Source: Eledone cirrhosa (taxonomy: Eukaryota). From it: 64,000 nt of DNA. The position numbers were made by a program, and so were the translations under genes. Below the pieces are notes generated by a model. It searched no databases, was not told where the DNA came from, and saw nothing but the letters and a program-made list of their open reading frames with translations. Shown here in pieces: positions 1 through 12,149 of the stretch (the stretch's first letter is position 1; the number at the start of each line of letters is the position of its first letter). The stretch spans positions 2,790,001-2,854,000 of the forward strand of contig OZ024741.1 of assembly GCA_964016885.1 (NCBI GenBank), written 5' to 3'.

Positions 1-2215
1 TCAAGTCTTTTTCCTCTCACGAAAATATCTGACTCCACATACACTTTCTCAACTGGTGGAGTGTACATGACCTTTATCTTTTGTAGACTAATATTTAGCC
101 CAAACACAGTACATTTTGTTAGCCACACAATCTGCATCATCAGCATACAGAAACTCCCTAACAAGAGCCTAACAAGTGTGCCAAATGTTTTGGACTTGGT
201 GTTAAACCGTCTTAGATTAATTACTTTGCCAGAGGTTCTAATTTGCAAGTATACTCCGGTTTCGAAATCTTGGAAGGCAGATGTCAGCAGCACGGCAAAG
301 TAGATGTATAACAGATTGAGTACATGTGCACCTTGTTTAAGACTGTTTTCCACTGAAATTGGCTCTGAAAGTGTCCCATTGAAGTTCACTTTTGCTTTCA
401 TATCTTGATGGAGTTTTCTGAATATTCCAACAAACTCATGAGGATAGGTTTCCCCAATACCACCCACAATACACTACTATTAAGTATTGAAGTTCCTTAT
501 ATAAGGTCCACGAATACTTGGTTAAGTGGCACTTGTTGCTCCACACACTTCTCCATAAGGTGACGGGCTGAGAAAATCATGTCCATAGTATCCTGTCCAG
601 CTCTGAATCCACATTGGGTCTCAGGGATAGCACCAGGACAGATTCATTCCATTAGACCACCCAGCAAGACCTTGGATAAGACTTTTCCTACCGATTCGAG
701 CAGACTTATATCACGATAATCACCACATTCCGACATAGAGCCCTTGTCCTTGTAAATCGAGAGAAAAATTGCATCTACCCAGTCTTGCGGGACAGGTTCA
801 CCGTGCCATACAGATAAGACTAACCCATGGCTAGCCATAGCAACATTATCTCCTTCTGTGTTTATCTCTTTGATAGTTGATCTTATCTCATTAAAGGTTG
901 GATCATTCATCATCTCTGTTACAGTCTCCTTTTGTAGCAGTGCTTTAATAATTTCCTCATCAACTACAGATGGGTTGTCAAACAGATCTTTGAAGTGTTC
1001 AGTCCACCAACTCATGATTCTTGCGGGATCATTGATGAGGACGTTCCCATCTTTTGACTTCAATGGTACCATTTGTGAGGGTTGTGGACCAAACACTTGC
1101 CTTATTGTGCTGTATAGTGTCTTCAGGTCTCTGCAGTTATAAGCCCTCTGCATCTCTGCTGAAATTTCAGACCACCAGTTGCTCTTTATCTTTCGTATTT
1201 TACTTTGCAGTTTTGATTTTGCTTCTTTGAAGGCTTTCTCAGAACTGGTCCTCACTTGACCTCTGCAACAAGGCACTTCTCATACAGCTTGTTCTCTTCA
1301 ATTAGTATTGTGATTGCAGCATCATTGTTATCGAACAAGTCTCTGTGTTTTGTCTTCTTAAGACCAAGTATATCAGCCCCAACACTGTAAACCTGTTTTA
1401 AAGTGTTCGCAAGTTCCATCAAAGACGACGATGTCAAGTTTATTTGAAGAACATCTCGTATTTCTACACTTTGTAGTTTTAACACATCTATAAGTTATGG
1501 CATTTGTACCCCAGCTGTCCTCGATTTTCTTCTGATCTGCACCTTCATCTTGCCACGCACAAGTTTATGATCTCTACCACATTATGTACTATGCATTACT
1601 CTTACAGAGCAGATATCCTGGAGGTCTTCCTTCCTGGTGATGATATAATCCAAGATGTCTCCATGTTTCGATCTTGGGTGTATCTATGTTGCCTTGTGGA
1701 TCTCCTTTTGTTGAAAAACGTATTGCACACAACCAGCTCAAACTCAGTTCATAATTGCAAAAGAAGACCATTGGCATTCAACTTACTCAAGCCAAGATGT
1801 CCTAAAACACTCCAGATGTGGTTGCCCTTTCCCACACGTGCATTAAAATCTCCAAGAGGCAAGATCTTGTCCGATGGGGAATTGATGTTATACACACTCG
1901 TAAATCTTGGTAAAAAGCCATGATTGGCTCCTGTCTAATGTGCAGGGTAAGAGCATAAAATGAGATGACATGAAACGTCCCCTTGAAAGAGAAACACTTA
2001 TGTGCATAATTCGATCACTAATGTCTTATGGTTGCTCCAGTCGTTTTGTGATCTCTATCCGAACAGAAAAACCTACTCCATTCCTTTTCTCCCCATTTGT
2101 TTCCCTTTCCAGAAGAACGTATAGCCAGCACTTCTCTCTGATATATGACCTTCCCCACTAAGACAGGTTTCAGAGAGTGCAGCTATATCAATATTATATC
2201 TGCTCAAAACAAAAG
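1..2215 (-). mobile_element. Degenerate RTE-clade LINE (APE endonuclease + RT), continues off the window start
   Basis: Minus-strand fragments: YNIDIAALSETCLSGEGHISERSAGYTFFWKGK (APE N-terminus), VPQDWVDAIFLSIYKDKGSMSECGDYRDISLL, and ETQCGFRAG..TMDMIFSAR..MEKCVEQQ (RT). Multiple frameshifts and stops. Confidence 0.9.
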
Positions 2216-2229
2216 GTAGCTCTAGAATT

Positions 2230-2525
2230 TCACGATTGATGCAAAGCCACGCTCTATCACACAATGAATATATGAGCCCTGTAAACTCCTCGGGGCAACC
2301 CAGCTTCAAGAAGTATGAGCCCTGTAAACTCCTCAGGGCAACCCAGCTTCAAGAATATACAGCAAAGGGCCTGCCTATTGACTGTGATCCCTTCCTGAGA
2401 TCAATAAAGCAATTGTACAGATCAAGCTGTTGCTCCTTACACTTCTCCTGCATTTGCCGCGCAGTGAAGATCATATCTACAGTACTCTGCTATGGACGGA
2501 AACCACACTGAGACGCCGGCAATTG
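2230..2525 (-). mobile_element. Second RTE-type RT fragment
   Basis: Minus strand reads PASQCGFRP*QSTVDMIFTARQMQEKCKEQQLDLYNCFIDL followed by KLGCPEEF. Contains a ~42-bp tandem duplication at 2272-2355. Confidence 0.8.
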
Positions 2526-2677
2526 TTTCTGAGGAAGACGGGAAGATGGATCTAGGATATCGGGACTAGTAATATGTGATGGTGTAACCACTCTCTATTA
2601 GTCAATATATCGATGGCCAAAACACTTAATCAATGAAAAGTAATTTCAATAAAACGTCAATCAAAGAAAAATCGCGG

Positions 2678-2707
<30 letters not shown>

Positions 2708-2710
<3 letters not shown>

Positions 2711-2984
2711 AACAAAAGATGGTTAAAGGAGTTCCATGTATTTTATTATGCGCATTTCAAAAACAAACATCATCATGCAATAATATTTGTGTTTTCATCA
2801 GATAAAACAGGAGGACATGATATGAAGGCTAAAAAACACTTGTGGATAGTGCAGTTTTAAATCAACATATAGTATAGTATAGTTTTGTTCTGATATATTA
2901 TGTATACTCCAGTCCTACAAACTGTAGAGTGCTTCTTATCCGATATCTGCATTGCTTCATTGTACTACAATAAAACTCACCTCC

Positions 2985-2987
<3 letters not shown>
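2708..2987. mobile_element. Short (TA)n-flanked PLE-derived module, a deletion derivative of the 20557-21385 element
   Basis: 2708-2870 matches 20557-20726 and 21104-21290 (inverted). 2903-2987 matches the tail at 21301-21385. (TA)n on both sides. Confidence 0.8.
2739..2808 (-). ncRNA. Type I hammerhead ribozyme motif
   Basis: Reverse complement: ttttat-CTGATGA-aaacacaaatattattgcatgatgatgtttgttttt-GAAA-tgcgca-TA-ataaaa. Confidence 0.75.
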
Positions 2988-3057
<70 letters not shown>

Positions 3058-3061
<4 letters not shown>

Positions 3062-3310
3062 GAAATTATAAGCTTTCACCGTATTTTAGACTAAAGAAAT
3101 TTCTAGCCTGATAGTGGGGTTTATAACCCTCGGAGAAATGGAGTCGAACATGGGAGTCGAACCCACATCTTTGGTTATCCAAAGATGTGGGTTCGACTCC
3201 CATGTACGGCAACACTCATCTTGTTCCATTTCTCCGAGGGTTATAAACCCCACTATCAGGCTAGAAATTTATTTAGTCTAAAATACGGTGAAAGCTTATA
3301 ATTTCTAATT
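3058..3310. repeat. Long palindrome (foldback) centred near 3176, containing a tRNA B-box-like GGGTTCGACTCCC
   Basis: 3058-3141 is the reverse complement of ~3224-3310. The inner catgggagtcgaacccacatctttgg pairs with ccaaagatgtgggttcgactcccatg. Confidence 0.9.
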
Positions 3311-3371
3311 TCTAATTTCAAACTCGCGCACCGTTTCAAAAACATACTTACATGTTTACGTTTATAATTTG

Positions 3372-3422
<51 letters not shown>

Positions 3423-3630
3423 CGTTTCTGAATTTGTTTAGCAAGATTCTTTATCTGAAATCGTGTGTTGAAACCGATATTGTTATACTTTGGGAGGGTC
3501 ATGTTGCCAATAAGAAACACACGCACCAGTTGCTTTCACTTCAATTTATTATAATAAATTTATAAATTTACAAATTTATAAATTTATGGTTGGTTGGTTG
3601 GTTCCACAACCAGATAGTTGTTTATATATT

Positions 3631-3673
3631 GTCATAGTTCTTTCGTCACACACTCTGTGACCTCTTCAGTGAC
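3631..3673 (-). ncRNA. Minimal type I hammerhead ribozyme in pLTR
   Basis: Reverse complement: gtca-CTGAAGA-g-gtcacagagtgtgtgac-GAAA-gaac-TA-tgac. Confidence 0.75.
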
Positions 3674-4435
3674 TGGGGATTCTTTTCTTCTTTGTTTTTG
3701 TGCCTCTCCTTTGTTCTGTCCTACGCCATTTTGTTTCTGTGTGTGTGTTGTGTGCTCAGTCTGCGCATGCGCCACATCCGGGTGTCTGTGTGTGTTTATG
3801 TTCATTTATTTATTTATTTGTTTATTTACATGTTACTGGTTGGTTGTTTGTTCTATGTGTGTGTGTGTTTTCATTTTGTCCTTAATTGTAAGTTGTGATG
3901 TTGCTGTTCCATTCATATTTTCTATTTAATTTTGGTTGTAATTCTTTTATGTTTATTGCCTCTGTGATTTGTCTAAACATTGCGTCTTTTCTGTGTGTAG
4001 ATTCTATTTTTATTTCTAAGTTCTCTAATTTACCGTTGTGTTCTATTTTAGCATGTTGGTAGAGTACAGATGATTCTTTACTATCTTGAAGGTCTCGCCA
4101 GTGTTCATTTATCCGTTCCCCTACACTACGAGCTGTCTCACCTATGTACACTCTATTTTTGTCTCTACATTGTCCTTCAGTACATCTTATGCTATACACT
4201 ACATTTCTAGTTTTACAGTTAATATGGGGGCTTATTTTACAGGTTATACATTTCTTATCTATACATGAGGGTCTTTGAAAAGGGTATGTCTTGCTAATAA
4301 GTGTTTTTACGGAGGTACCTGGTCTTTCTACTATCTTAATATTGAGTTTATGTTTATCTAGGGCCCACAACAGAAACAAAATGGCGTAGGACAGAACAAA
4401 GAAGAGGCACAAAAACAAAGAAAAAAGAATCCCCA

Positions 4436-4478
4436 GTCACTGAAGAGGTCACAGAGTGTGTGACGAAAGAACTATGAC
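4436..4478 (+). ncRNA. Minimal type I hammerhead ribozyme in the inverted pLTR
   Basis: gtca-CTGAAGA-g-gtcacagagtgtgtgac-GAAA-gaac-TA-tgac. Stem I is gtca/tgac and stem II is gtcac/gtgac. Confidence 0.75.
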
Positions 4479-4629
4479 AATATATAAACAACTATCTGGT
4501 TGTGGAACCAACCAACACACCAGAAATTTATAAATTTATAAATTTATTATAATAAATTGAAGTGAAAGCAAATGGTGCGTGTGTTTCTTATAGGGCTCGA
4601 TAAGAATAAATATATATCAAATATATAAG

Positions 4630-6070
4630 AACCGAAACATTGTCTACAAATGTGAGGTTGTACCACCCACGTCCCGTAGGGCTTACATAGGGTTAACCGC
4701 CAATAGATTCAAGCAGTGTCTTTACATGCATACCCATTCTTTTCGTTACCCTCTAAGAAGGAATATGACGTCACTTTCAGCTTATATCTGGAGTCTAAAA
4801 GACAACCACACCCAATATAAGTTACACTGGGAGATCCTAACTAGGGCTAGATCGTATAACGGAAATAAAAGACCATGTGACCTCTGCGCCGCTGAGGCCC
4901 TGGAAATACTCTACGCCACAGACCACATCTTAAACAAAAAATCTGAGGCAATTTCGGCTTGTAAACATAAATTGCACAAAACTTTCCTGTATTACAGCCC
5001 CACGTTATACCCTAACGGATAGTACGATCTATACGTGGATATTTTACGTCTTGATGTGGGAGCTAAGTATATGTTTTGTTTATACCATTACTTATTTGCA
5101 TAGGTATGTATATATTACCCGTATGTTTTGTAAAGGTACGTATACCTTCTCATACGTATATTTGATTGTTTATGTTATGGCGTATAATTTTTGTATATTC
5201 TGGTACATATGGTTTGGCTATGTGTATACGTGAGTTTCGCGTCTGTGTGAGTATGCAGGTTCGTACGTATGTAGGGTGTGTGTATATGTGTACTTCATGT
5301 TTTGGTTGGCTTATGTCTCCGAACATTCGTGTATTTACATGTAGGTATGTGTGTGCGCTTGTTATATACGTATTTATTTATTTATATACGTTTATATATT
5401 TATTTATTTATTTGTATACACGCATACACACACACACATATTTATATGTGCATGGTTTTGTATACCTATGGTAAGTGTTTTGCGTATGCTTGTGTATGTA
5501 CGTATTTGTTTGCGTGTATGTTTTCACTTATTTCTATTACTTCTGTATTGTATTTATTTACTTTGTTCTTAACTTTGTAGCGGAGATTCATTCGGTCTCC
5601 TAGTTAGAATTTTAGTCTACGACTTCTGCTATACCATTTACGTGGTTTTGTCTTTGCGTGCTATTGTTCTCCACGCTCCACATATGACTTATTATCTTCG
5701 TTTTTTCGTTCATTGCTAGAGAACGTCTCTATGAACCACCTAAGATAACATTAATCTACGACCTCTTTTATACCATAAACGTTGTTCCGTCTTTACGCGT
5801 AATTGTTTTTCACCGTTCCTATTAATGACGTATTATATTCGTTTTTCCCGTTCTTGGCCAGGGAACGTTCCCACGAACCAAAGTATCGTCTTCCTGTCTT
5901 CCTCCGGTTGCAACTATCCACTTCTGCGTTTACAGATTGACTTTGTTAGTTTCAGAAGATCCCGTTAAGGGTGAAAGCAGCGATTCTTTGCTTAAACTTT
6001 AATCTGTTATTTTAATAAATATATATCTATATATATCTTGCTATTCATATATCTATATATCTTCTATTCA
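4630..6070 (+). mobile_element. 3' fragment of a Penelope-like element (GIY-YIG endonuclease + long 3' region), possibly Naiad-type
   Basis: In-frame from 4630: NIVYKCEV..AYIGLTANRFKQ..HTHSF..TSLSAYIWSLK..WEIL..CDLCAAE..ILNKKSE..CKH, with stop at 5022. HHR-like motif downstream at 5948-5998. Clade assignment is from recalled motif style only. Confidence 0.85.
5948..5998 (+). ncRNA. Hammerhead-like motif with a variant core (CAGAAGA)
   Basis: agttt-CAGAAGA-tcccgttaagggt-GAAA-gca..tgc-TT-aaact. All three stems can form. Confidence 0.6.
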
Positions 6071-6464
6071 ACTATCTAGTTATCCATCTCCATCCTCCAA
6101 CTCATCAAGTTCTCCACTATGTCCCTCATGTTACCTACATAAGTAATTTGTGTTCTTCCATGTGTGTCGGCTTGTCACGGTTCCCTGATTGCTCATCCAT
6201 GACTGAAAGGTGACTGTAGTATACACAGAGAAAGGTATCACTTGTATTTCATGTCAATACAACCAGTGTGTAATTAATACAATTAACATAGCTGCTAATT
6301 ATCCACGAGATGACAGGAAAGGCTGTGGTCAGGTGACATATTCTCAAATATGGAAATATGTTTATCTCTTAGAAACAAGACGTTTCATTCCAAACATATT
6401 TCTAAGACTATTCCTGTCTTTTACTATGTAAAACTAACGGAGAGACTTGGTGGCAGCTTCGGAA

Positions 6465-7056
6465 TTGTGGTATGCTTAATGTTTAGTAGCCTATGGTATG
6501 TTAATACATGTTAGTACTTCTGGTATGTTGGTAGATGTTTAGTAGCTTATGGTATGTTAGTACATGTAGTACTTCTGGTATGTTGGTAGATGTTTAGTAG
6601 CCTATGGTATGTTACTACATGTTAGTACTTCTGGTATGTTGGTAGATGTTTAGTAGCCTATGGTATGTTGGTAGGTGTTTAGTAGCTATGGTATGTTGGT
6701 AGGTGTTTAGTACTTATGTACATGTTAGTACCTATGGTATTTTAGTAGGTGTTTAGTAGCTTATGGTATGTTGGTACATGTTAGTACCTATGGTGTGTTG
6801 GTACATGTTTAGTACTTATGGTATGTTGGTACATGTTTAATACTTATGGTATGTTGGTACATGTTTAGTACTTATGGTATGTTGGTACATGTTTAGTAGT
6901 CTATGGTACTTTGGTAGGTGTTTAGTAGTCTATGGTATGTTGGTACATGTTAGTAATTATGGTATGTTGGTACATGTTAGTACTAATGGTGTGTTGGTAG
7001 ATGTTAGTACTTATGGTACGTTGGTAGATGTTAGTACTTATGGTATGTTGGTACCT
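6465..7056. repeat. ~27-28-bp minisatellite (GTTTAGTACTTATGGTATGTTGGTACAT-like)
   Basis: About 20 tandem imperfect copies. Confidence 0.95.
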
Positions 7057-7119
7057 GTTGAGAGGAATCTGAAATAAAGATGACATACATACATAATTGC
7101 CCCCCACCACCCACCCGCT

Positions 7120-7335
7120 AGCAATAAAAACACACGCACCTGTTGGGTTTTCACTTTAATTTATAATAAATTTCCGCTTAGTTGGTTCGATAACTGGATG
7201 GTTGTTTATATATTGTCAAAGCTCTTTCGTCACACATTCTGTGACCTCCTCAGTGACTAGGTTTTTATTTTGTGTCTCTCTGTTGTTCTGTCCTACACCT
7301 TCTTGTTCTTGTCATAAAATAAAAACCTAGTCACA
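7120..7335 (-). mobile_element. Solo pseudo-LTR of the 3421-4590 PLE family, with HHR at 7215-7257
   Basis: Similar to 3510-3725. Reverse complement: gtca-CTGAGGA-g-gtcacagaatgtgtgac-GAAA-gagc-TT-tgac. Short inverted piece at 7316-7334. Confidence 0.8.
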
Positions 7336-7611
7336 ACTTTCATATGATCGTTACCAATGAAAGCGAAATTCATCACGTGGTTTATGGTCAACGAGAAGGG
7401 TAACAAATGGTGGACCATTGGCGGGTGACAGAGCTACGAGAAGAAGCAGTCTATTTCAGACTAATTTTTCACTCAACCGGAAGAGGGTACAGAACAATAT
7501 ATATATATATATATGTAGATAAATCTACCAAGAGTTTACGGTAGTGTCCAATCCGTATGAAGAACTCAATGTAATCCGGATATCATGGAAAGAAGAGATG
7601 CAATGAAAAAT

Positions 7612-7760
7612 CACTTTCTGAAGACGGCATATATATGTGTTGGTATGTATATTTAATTTTGATAGTTTGTATAATTTTGTATAATTTTGTACATAGATCT
7701 GTTGAATATGCATGCCAATTCTAACACATATATATCCTAGAAACGATCGTTAAATAATGA
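7612..7760 (+). ncRNA. Type I hammerhead motif with a long stem II
   Basis: ttt-CTGAAGA-cggc atatatatgtgttgg...ctaacacatatatat ccta-GAAA-cgatcg-TT-aaa. Stem III is the palindrome AACGATCGTT. Confidence 0.65.
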
Positions 7761-7815
7761 ACTTTTTTTGTTTAATATAAGGAACTGTTTCATTGTTTTA
7801 TTCATTATTTTTTTA

Positions 7816-7873
<58 letters not shown>

Positions 7874-8029
7874 CATTCGTGTATACATCGCTACTTCAGA
7901 GCACCAATCCTAATACCTAATTTTTGATTGATGGACCGGCAATCGTTCTGTATAATCCCCTCCTGATTATTACTGGAATTCTATAAGAATCCAGCTTCTA
8001 TAATTTTCGGCTAAAGCAGGGGTGTACGT

Positions 8030-8071
8030 GGCTGTGATGAACGCCAGCTAGCGTGAAACAGACTGTCAGCT
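8030..8071 (+). ncRNA. Type I hammerhead motif, C3G core variant
   Basis: ggct-GTGATGA-acgc cagcta gcgt-GAAA-cagactg-TC-agct, with a GUC cleavage triplet. Confidence 0.65.
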
Positions 8072-8190
8072 TCTCTCCCTTCTTTCGCCGAAAAGAAGTA
8101 AGTGACATAGTCACTACTTTAAAATTGATAGCTTAGGGTCTTCTAAATGTTTTTAATTAAGCATACGGTATATTGCCAAATATACATACA

Positions 8191-8272
<82 letters not shown>

Positions 8273-8345
8273 GGAGCTTCCAACAGAAATGGTCGCATTC
8301 TTTAAGGGTATGTCAATATTTATTTATAAAACTGATCTATATTAT

Positions 8346-8408
8346 ATTTTATCTGATGAAAGCACACCATAATTTAACTTGGTGTCCTTGAAATATGTAT
8401 AATGAAAT
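8346..8408 (+). ncRNA. Type I hammerhead motif
   Basis: ttttat-CTGATGA-aagcacacca taatttaact tggtgtcctt-GAAA-tatgta-TA-atgaaa. Confidence 0.7.
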
Positions 8409-8450
8409 AAATATGGTTTTATAAATATAGTTTCCATTTGTTAATATATC

Positions 8451-8508
<58 letters not shown>

Positions 8509-8589
8509 CAGAAGGAAGAGAAATTAATTAACACTAAAAATTGTATTTTTTTTTAATATAATGTCTAAGTTTTCATCATTATTTAAACT

Positions 8590-8712
8590 AGCAGATTGAG
8601 TTCAAATCCCGCCGAGGTTAACTTTTCCTTTCATCCTTACGGGGTCGATAAAATAAAGTACCAGTAATACACTGGGATAATTGCTGGTCTTGTGCCAAAA
8701 GTAGAAACAATT
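8590..8712 (+). mobile_element. tRNA-derived SINE, 5'-truncated
   Basis: B-box GAGTTCAAATCCC followed by gccgaggttaacttttcctttcatccttacggggtcgataaaataaagtaccag, a core shared with about 12 copies in the window. Confidence 0.85.
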
Positions 8713-8902
8713 ATTTAAACTATCAGAAAAACCACTCTGCAGGTGGTTTTCTGCTAGCATGTGTAGTGTGTATATTGATATTATACGCAGGCATATATAC
8801 ATGTAGATATGTTACATCAAATAAAATCGTAATTGACAATATATAATACATAGAAATTGAACGAAGACTACGTTACACTGTCTTATGTAATCAGTAACGT
8901 AA

Positions 8903-9804
8903 TCTATATATATAAAACTGTGGTTGTCTGTCTGTCTATCGATTTTTGGCACACATCTCCTCTTAGAATCTCTCACGGAATTGCACCGAAATTGCTATAC
9001 TTGTACATTGAGCCCTAGCGAAGACATCGGAAAAAAAATAATTTCAAATTGACCCGCCCTATCTGACGAAATCGAATATAATGTATCGATTTTTGAGCGT
9101 AAGTTATCAGTTATTTCCCTTTGTTCTGTTTACATTGAGCGTCTTACGTAAAAAATTACGCTGGCTTTACGAACAGTTGTCGAGCCAGCAAAATATTGAC
9201 CTGCAAAATTCATCAGTTCGAACACTAAGCTTCCGTTTTGCTTCATTTCCATTTAAAAGCATTTTAAAACAATATTTTTACTTGAAAACAAGTCTATTTA
9301 AAGACTACGTAAAACAAGCAAATATTTCGTCGTTAGGCGTGCAGACAGACAGTCGTGCAGAGAGGTGATATAGGCGTGCAGACAGACAGTCGTGCAGAGA
9401 GGTGATATAGGCGTGCAGACAGACAGTCGTGCAGAGAGGTGATATAGGCGTGCAGACAGACAGTCGTGCAGAGAGGTGATATAGGCGTGCAGACAGACAT
9501 AACTGATAATTTGGTTACGCTAATGTTTTTCTCTGCGTTGCAGTGTTTACATTTTCGATCTTTGTTAATAAATAACCAGTGCAGTTTTTATCCCCAGCAT
9601 CCTCTTTTGTTATAACATTCGGGTTATCGTTATGTTTTCTTAACTTCATAAGGCATATTGTTGGTTGAGGGAATATTAATCAAAAACACCACATGCAAGT
9701 CTGCACAGTAGACACTACAGTTTTTAAGCCAAAAAAGAAACTTAACATTGTAACTTTAACACAGCTACTGAGCGACCCCGAGCAACGCCGGGCTTTACTG
9801 CTAG
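8903..9804 (+). mobile_element. Non-autonomous Helitron
   Basis: 5' TC (TCTATATATATAAAA) after A. 3' GC-rich hairpin cccgagcaacgccggg followed by CTAG and then T. (GTCT)n near the 5' end. No TSD. Confidence 0.8.
9334..9499. repeat. 37-bp tandem repeat (~4.5 copies) inside the Helitron
   Basis: ggcgtgcagacagacagtcgtgcagagaggtgatata repeated perfectly. Confidence 0.95.
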
Positions 9805-10297
9805 TCCATGATACATTAAAAAAGACGATATTATATATAGAATGCATTAGGAGAAAATTAGTATGTTTATTTAAGCGATGGCCAACCGGTATTGTTGACA
9901 TTTCAGAAGTGAATATTTAAATAAACAAAATATATTTCATCAACAGCCACGAAATTTAGTAGATAAATTATGTAATATTCATTCATTATTTATTCACAGT
10001 AATCCAACTTATTTTACTAATAGGATAGAAAATTATAGACCGTACGCAGTTCCGCGCTCCTTACTTTATTATAGTTTAGATAGCGTTTACACTAACCAGT
10101 TTCGCTGAATGATTAGCTTTCAAAAGTTTCATTTTGATTTGTGTTGAGTATGAATATATATAAATGAATGTATGTATATATACATATTAAATATATGCGG
10201 AGGGGTAGTATACATATATAGAATCGAGACGTATGTGAGGACCTTGCGATTCCAGATTCAAGTTCGATCATTGCATCGATCGTGCCTCGAACTGGTC

Positions 10298-11283
10298 GCC
10301 ACCACCACCAATACCACCACCACCACCACCACCACCACCACCACCACCACCACCACCACGACCACCACCACTACCACCACCACTACCACCACCACTACCG
10401 CCACCACCACCACCACCACCACCACCACTACCACCACCACCACCACCACCACTACCACCACCACCACCACCACTACCACCACCACCACCACCACCACCAC
10501 CACCACCACCACCACCACTACCACCATCACTACCACGACCACCACCACTACCACCACCACCACCACCACCACCACCACCACCACCACCACCACCACCACT
10601 ACCACCACCACTACCACCACCACCACCACCACCACCACCGCCACCACCACCACCACCACTACCACCTTCACCACCACCACCACCACCAACACCACCACTA
10701 CCCCCCCCCCCCCCAGCACCACCACCAGCACCACCACCACCACCAGCACCACCACCACCACCACCACCACTATAACCACTACCAATACCACCACCACCAC
10801 TACCAACACCATCATCACCACCACCACCACCACCACTACCACCACTACCACCACCATCACCACCACCACCACCACTATAACCACTACCAATACCACCACC
10901 ACCACTACCAACACCATCATCACCACCACCACCACCACCACTACCACCACTACCACCACCATCACCACCACCACCACCACTATAACCACTACCAATACCA
11001 CCACCACCACCACCACCACCACTATAACCACTACCAATACCACCACCACCACTACCAACACCATCATCACCACCACCACCACCACCACTACCACCACTAC
11101 CACCACCATCACCACCACCACCACCACTATAACCACTACCAATACCACCACCACCACCACCACCACCACTACCACTACCACCACCACCACCACCACCACC
11201 ACTAAAACTACCACCACCACCACCACCACCACCATCACCACCACCACCACCACCACCACCACCACCATCACCACCACCACCAA
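10298..11283. repeat. (CAC)n compound microsatellite, ~1 kb
   Basis: ACC/CAC repeats with 120-bp higher-order units. Confidence 0.97.
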
Positions 11284-11456
11284 TGATGAATTTATTTGAA
11301 GGGTTGAAGACAGGTGGAGCCCTGTTGCACAATCTGGCGCTAACATCACATCCTGTTGTCTTGATAACACACGTGACCACACATACTTCTACCTCAGCCA
11401 CAGCACGTGTGACATCTTGACATTTGAGAAACAGCTATTTTATGACAGGAGGGACA

Positions 11457-12120
11457 GTGGTGGTGGTGGTAGTGGTGATGGCGGTGGTGGTGGTGGTGGT
11501 TGAAGTGGTGGCGGTGGTGGTGGTGGTGGTGGTGGCGGTGGTGGTGGCGGTGGTGGTGATAGTGGTGGTGATGGTGGTGGTGGTTGAAGTGGTGGTAGTG
11601 GTGATGGCGGTGGTGGTGGTGGTGGTTGAAGTGGTGGTGGTGGTGGTGGTGGTGGTGGTGGTCGTGGTCGTGGTAGTCGTAGTGGTGGTGGTGGTGGTAG
11701 TGGTAGTCGTAGTGGTGGTGGTGGTGGTGGTAGTGGTAGTGGTGGTGGTGGTCGTGGTCGTGGTAGTCGTAGTGGTGGTGGTGATGGTAGTGGTAGTCGT
11801 AGTGGTGGTGGTGGTGGTGGTAGTGGTAGTGGTGGTGGTGGTGGTCGTGGTCGTGGTAGTCGTAGTGGTGGTGGTGATGGTAGTGGTAGTCGTAGTGGTG
11901 GTAGTGGCGGTGGTGGTGGTAGTGGCGGTAGTGGTGGTGGTGGTGGTGGTAGTGGTAGTGGTGGTAGTGGTAGTGGTGGTGGTGGTGGTAGTGGTAGTGG
12001 TGGTGGTGGTGGTGGTGGTGGTATTGGTGGTGGTGGTTACAATAATAAACACAACAACAAGAACAACAACAGTAACAACAACAATAACAACAATAACAAA
12101 AATAACAACAACAACAGTAA
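11457..12120. repeat. (GTG)n compound microsatellite followed by (AAC)n
   Basis: Direct reading of the sequence. Confidence 0.97.
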
Positions 12121-12149
12121 TGTTTTTGTAGACACCAGCCTAGAAAGAG

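Larger units (their letters stand above)
3421..4590 (-). mobile_element. 5'-truncated Penelope-like element with inverted pseudo-LTRs
   Basis: GIY-YIG ORF 3882-~4365 (CITC...NVVYSIRC...VYIGETARSVGERINEH...ITEAINI...LNRK). Inverted repeats at ~3511-3740 and ~4370-4590. (TA)n on the left. Confidence 0.9.

Noticed and set aside
3170-3215. tRNA gene
   Set aside because: Only a B-box/T-arm-like part is present. No A-box or cloverleaf.
10172-12131. Poly-Thr/His/Val/Gly ORFs (mucin-like or glycine-rich)
   Set aside because: Translations of trinucleotide microsatellites that are open in many frames.
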